Assembly (NCBI GenBank): GCA_964630055.1 | Contig: CAZVRA010000001.1 | Span: 27,569 to 91,568 of the forward strand | From: an uncultured Candidatus Saccharibacteria bacterium | GTDB taxonomy: Bacteria > Patescibacteriota > Saccharimonadia > Saccharimonadales > CAZVRA01 | DNA length: 64,000 nt | Direction: 5' to 3' | In this document: positions 61,683 through 64,000 of the stretch, piece after piece | Layout: each line of letters opens with the position of its first letter | Numbering within the stretch: position 1 is the stretch's first letter | Program-made: the position numbers and the translations under genes | Notes under the pieces: generated by a model | What the model saw: only the letters and a program-made list of their open reading frames with translations | Told to the model about the DNA's origin: nothing | The model's database searches: none

Positions 61683-61689
61683 TATAATA
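61683..61689. promoter_or_regulatory. Overlapping face-to-face -10 boxes in a 20-bp divergent intergenic region
   Basis: On the plus strand, TATAAT (61683-88) lies 9 nt before ATG 61698. On the minus strand, TATTAT (61684-89) lies 6 nt before ATG 61677. Confidence 0.4.
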
Positions 61690-61697
61690 ATGTTTCT

Positions 61698-62657
61698 ATG
61701 GCATTAGGACAAGACGAATCTAAAATTTTTATTAAATCTATGCAGCCTGGAACCTATATAGTGGCTGTTTCGGGCGGAGTAGATTCGATGTCCTTACTAC
61801 ATATTCTAAACAACTATCACGCTTCGGGCCTAAAGTTGATCGTGGCTCACTTTGACCATGGCATAAGAACAGATACAGCCGATGACATTGATTTGGTCAA
61901 AAATACAGCCCAAAATTACGGACTAGAATTTTTGTTGGGCCACGGTAGGCTAGGTGCTGGAGCTAGTGAGGCAGCCGCTAGAAAAGCTCGTTATAGCTTT
62001 TTGCAAAAATGTCGCAAACAATGCGGTGGAGTTGCAATTATTACGGCCCATCACCAAGATGATGTTATAGAAACAGCAGCAATTAACCTAATTAGGGGAA
62101 CTGGCATAAAAGGCTTATCTGCATTAAAAAATCAAACATTTGTTAAACGCCCACTACTGGATGCGACAAAGTTGCAAATAGAACAATATGCCAAACAAAA
62201 TAACATTCAATGGCGCCAGGATTATACAAATAGCGATGAAAATTACTTGCGAAATAGAGTTCGGCGTCTGCTACAAAGCATTACTTCCAAGCAGCGACAT
62301 GATTTGTTAAATATTATTAAAAAATCTGGATTATTAAGTACCGAAATGGATGCGGTTGTTAAAGAAATGTTAAAAATAGATAACAAAAATAATTTAAAAA
62401 CTACAAAAAATAGTGTTATGGAGCGAGATTTGTTTTGCGCTTTACCTTATTCGGTGGCTAAAACAGTAATGGCTTTTTGGCTAAGGACAAACAAAATAGC
62501 GGCTTTTGATTCTAAGGCGGTGGAACGGTTAACTTTAGCTAGTAAAGCGGCGCGGATTGGCACTAGACATAATATTTATGGCAACAAATGGCTGATTGTC
62601 AATAAAGACAGCCTGCACCTAGACATGCACTCAAACTTAAAAGTTCTTGGCAAATAG
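61698..62657 (+). CDS. tilS: tRNA(Ile)-lysidine synthase
   Basis: PP-loop VAVSGGVDSMSLLHIL, followed by TAHHQDDVIET. Confidence 0.85.
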   Translation: MALGQDESKIFIKSMQPGTYIVAVSGGVDSMSLLHILNNYHASGLKLIVAHFDHGIRTDTADDIDLVKNTAQNYGLEFLLGHGRLGAGASEAAARKARYSFLQKCRKQCGGVAIITAHHQDDVIETAAINLIRGTGIKGLSALKNQTFVKRPLLDATKLQIEQYAKQNNIQWRQDYTNSDENYLRNRVRRLLQSITSKQRHDLLNIIKKSGLLSTEMDAVVKEMLKIDNKNNLKTTKNSVMERDLFCALPYSVAKTVMAFWLRTNKIAAFDSKAVERLTLASKAARIGTRHNIYGNKWLIVNKDSLHLDMHSNLKVLGK

Positions 62658-62687
62658 TAATAAAAATAGTTATAATAGGGCAACTAT

Positions 62688-64000
62688 ATGGATAAAAAAT
62701 CTCTGCGTAGTTCTAAACAGTCACCAAGACTGCCAGGCGGCCCTAAAAAAGGCGGCACGCTCAAGAATGCCGGTTTTGTGGCTCTACTAGTGCTTGTTTC
62801 GCTAGTGGTTTATGCCAGCTTTGCGCAGCCTAGTAAGCTAAAACAAACTTCTTTTTCTAATTTGCTGCAAAGAGCAAATAATGGCGAGATTAGTAAAATT
62901 ACCATCAAAGGTAACGACCTAGAGATAACACCCAAGGGTCAGGACAAGCCAACCGAGAAATCCTACAAGGAGCCGGGTTCTAGCATATATGAGCAAGGGT
63001 TAACTAACCGTTCTGTCGATTTAGACGTTAAGCCAAACAGTAGCAACGGTGATTTCTGGCTCAGCTTGGCTAGTGGTGGCATACCAATCATTATTTTTGG
63101 TGTAATACTTTTCTTTATTATGCGCAGTGCTCAGGGTCAAGGCAATCAGGCAATGAGTTTTGGCAAAAGCCGCGCGCGGCTGTATGGTAACGAAAAAGAC
63201 AAGGTTACTTTTAAGGATATTGCTGGCAGCGAAGAGGCCAAAATTGATCTGCAAGAAATTGTGGAATTTTTGAAATACCCTAAAAAGTTTGAATCAGTCG
63301 GAGCTAAAATACCAAAAGGCGTGCTTTTGGTGGGGCCACCAGGAACCGGTAAAACTATGTTGGCACGGGCAGTCGCTGGCGAGGCCAACGCACCGTTCTT
63401 TAGCATTAGTGGTTCGGAATTTGTAGAAATGTTTGTTGGTGTGGGCGCTAGCCGTGTCCGAGATTTATTTGCAAAAGCAAAAAAGAACGCGCCTTGCATA
63501 ATTTTTATAGACGAAATCGACGCTGTTGGCCGCAAGCGCGGTAGCGGCATGGGCGGTGGCCACGACGAACGCGAACAAACACTCAACCAAATCCTGGTCG
63601 AAATGGATGGTTTCGAGCAGGGCACTAATGTAATTGTGCTGGCGGCTACTAACCGAGCCGACGTGTTGGATGCGGCGTTGCAGCGTCCGGGTCGTTTTGA
63701 TCGACGGGTAAATATTGATTTGCCTGATCGCAAGGACCGAGAGGCAATTCTAAAAATTCATTTTGCGAGCAAGCCTCTGGCCAAGAATGTCGATCTAGAC
63801 GCATTGGCGGCTAAAAGCGCTGGCTCATCAGGTGCGGACTTGTCTAACATCGCCAATGAGGCGGCCATAATTGCCGCTCGCCATGACCGCAAGGAAATAA
63901 CTCAAGATGATGTTACGGCGGCGTTCGAAAAAGTGGCTATTGGTCCAGAGCGCAAGAGTAAAGTTATGAACGAGCGCGAAAAAGAGATTACGGCCTACCA
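62688..64000 (+). CDS. ftsH: ATP-dependent zinc metalloprotease FtsH, N-terminal ~437 aa (3' end outside window; absent from the ORF track because there is no stop)
   Basis: Hand translation from ATG 62688 gives two TM helices, Walker A GPPGTGKT, Walker [10 protein letters not shown] and the SRH region [19 protein letters not shown]. Confidence 0.9.
   Translation, partial: MDKKSLRSSKQSPRLPGGPKKGGTLKNAGFVALLVLVSLVVYASFAQPSKLKQTSFSNLLQRANNGEISKITIKGNDLEITPKGQDKPTEKSYKEPGSSIYEQGLTNRSVDLDVKPNSSNGDFWLSLASGGIPIIIFGVILFFIMRSAQGQGNQAMSFGKSRARLYGNEKDKVTFKDIAGSEEAKIDLQEIVEFLKYPKKFESVGAKIPKGVLLVGPPGTGKTMLARAVAGEANAPFFSISGSEFVEMFVGVGASRVRDLFAKAKKNAPCIIFIDEIDAVGRKRGSGMGGGHDEREQTLNQILVEMDGFEQGTNVIVLAATNRADVLDAALQRPGRFDRRVNIDLPDRKDREAILKIHFASKPLAKNVDLDALAAKSAGSSGADLSNIANEAAIIAARHDRKEITQDDVTAAFEKVAIGPERKSKVMNEREKEITAY

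Noticed and set aside
63146-63733. A 195-aa minus-strand ORF (with a second at 63021-63254) at the right end of the window.
   Set aside because: The plus strand here encodes unmistakable FtsH AAA+ motifs ([24 protein letters not shown]). FtsH is missing from the ORF track only because it runs off the window without a stop. The minus-strand ORFs are antisense shadows.
1-64000. Mobile elements, prophage, toxin-antitoxin or known defence systems.
   Set aside because: I found no transposase, integrase, recombinase, reverse transcriptase, nuclease/helicase defence signatures, terminal inverted repeats or att-like duplications flanking the tRNAs. The only compositional islet (34350-35985) lacks mobility genes.

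Overview
The window is a gene-dense (about 90% coding), moderately AT-rich stretch of a small bacterial genome. Its gene content looks like Patescibacteria/CPR, possibly Saccharibacteria. That placement is an inference from content (archaeal-type AspRS, an RRM protein, many orphan envelope proteins), not a database result. I found no rRNA, CRISPR array, transposase, integrase or phage genes.

**Layout**
- 1-981: yidC (3' part) and jag.
- 997-32956: a cell-envelope glycan super-cluster of about 32 kb. It holds six GT2/GT4 glycosyltransferases, three GT-C-like membrane enzymes, an O-antigen ligase/polymerase-like protein, a Wzm/Wzt-type ABC exporter, an initiating phosphoglycosyl transferase, an LCP ligase, two GtrA proteins, galE and prs. 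It also holds a UbiA-type polyprenyl-phosphate phosphoribosyltransferase with a HAD phosphatase and a Glf-like flavoenzyme.
- 32953-35985: a LexA-N-domain regulator, uppP, and a visibly AT-rich dioxygenase/methyltransferase pair.
- 36025-37672: a candidate cobalamin riboswitch in front of an orphan zinc-ribbon protein, then a second small zinc-ribbon ORF.
- 37693-64000: housekeeping genes (nadD, a CPA2 antiporter, dsbA-like, a CBS transporter, aspS, a Mur ligase, an ABC-2 exporter, dus, queA, tgt, tilS, ftsH 5' part). Three CAU-anticodon tRNAs and several orphan envelope proteins are interleaved with them.

**Observations most worth following up**
1. A mycobacterial-arabinogalactan-style lipid-linked pentofuranose pathway.
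2. A GT-C::PIG-L deacetylase fusion next to an ArnC/GtrB-like GT2.
3. The riboswitch-controlled orphan protein.
4. A recurrent TGnTATAAT box 6-10 nt upstream of start codons, which implies widespread leaderless mRNAs.
5. An 887-aa secreted protein with five 116-aa repeats.

All functional calls rest on motifs read from the translations and on remembered family signatures. No searches were run.
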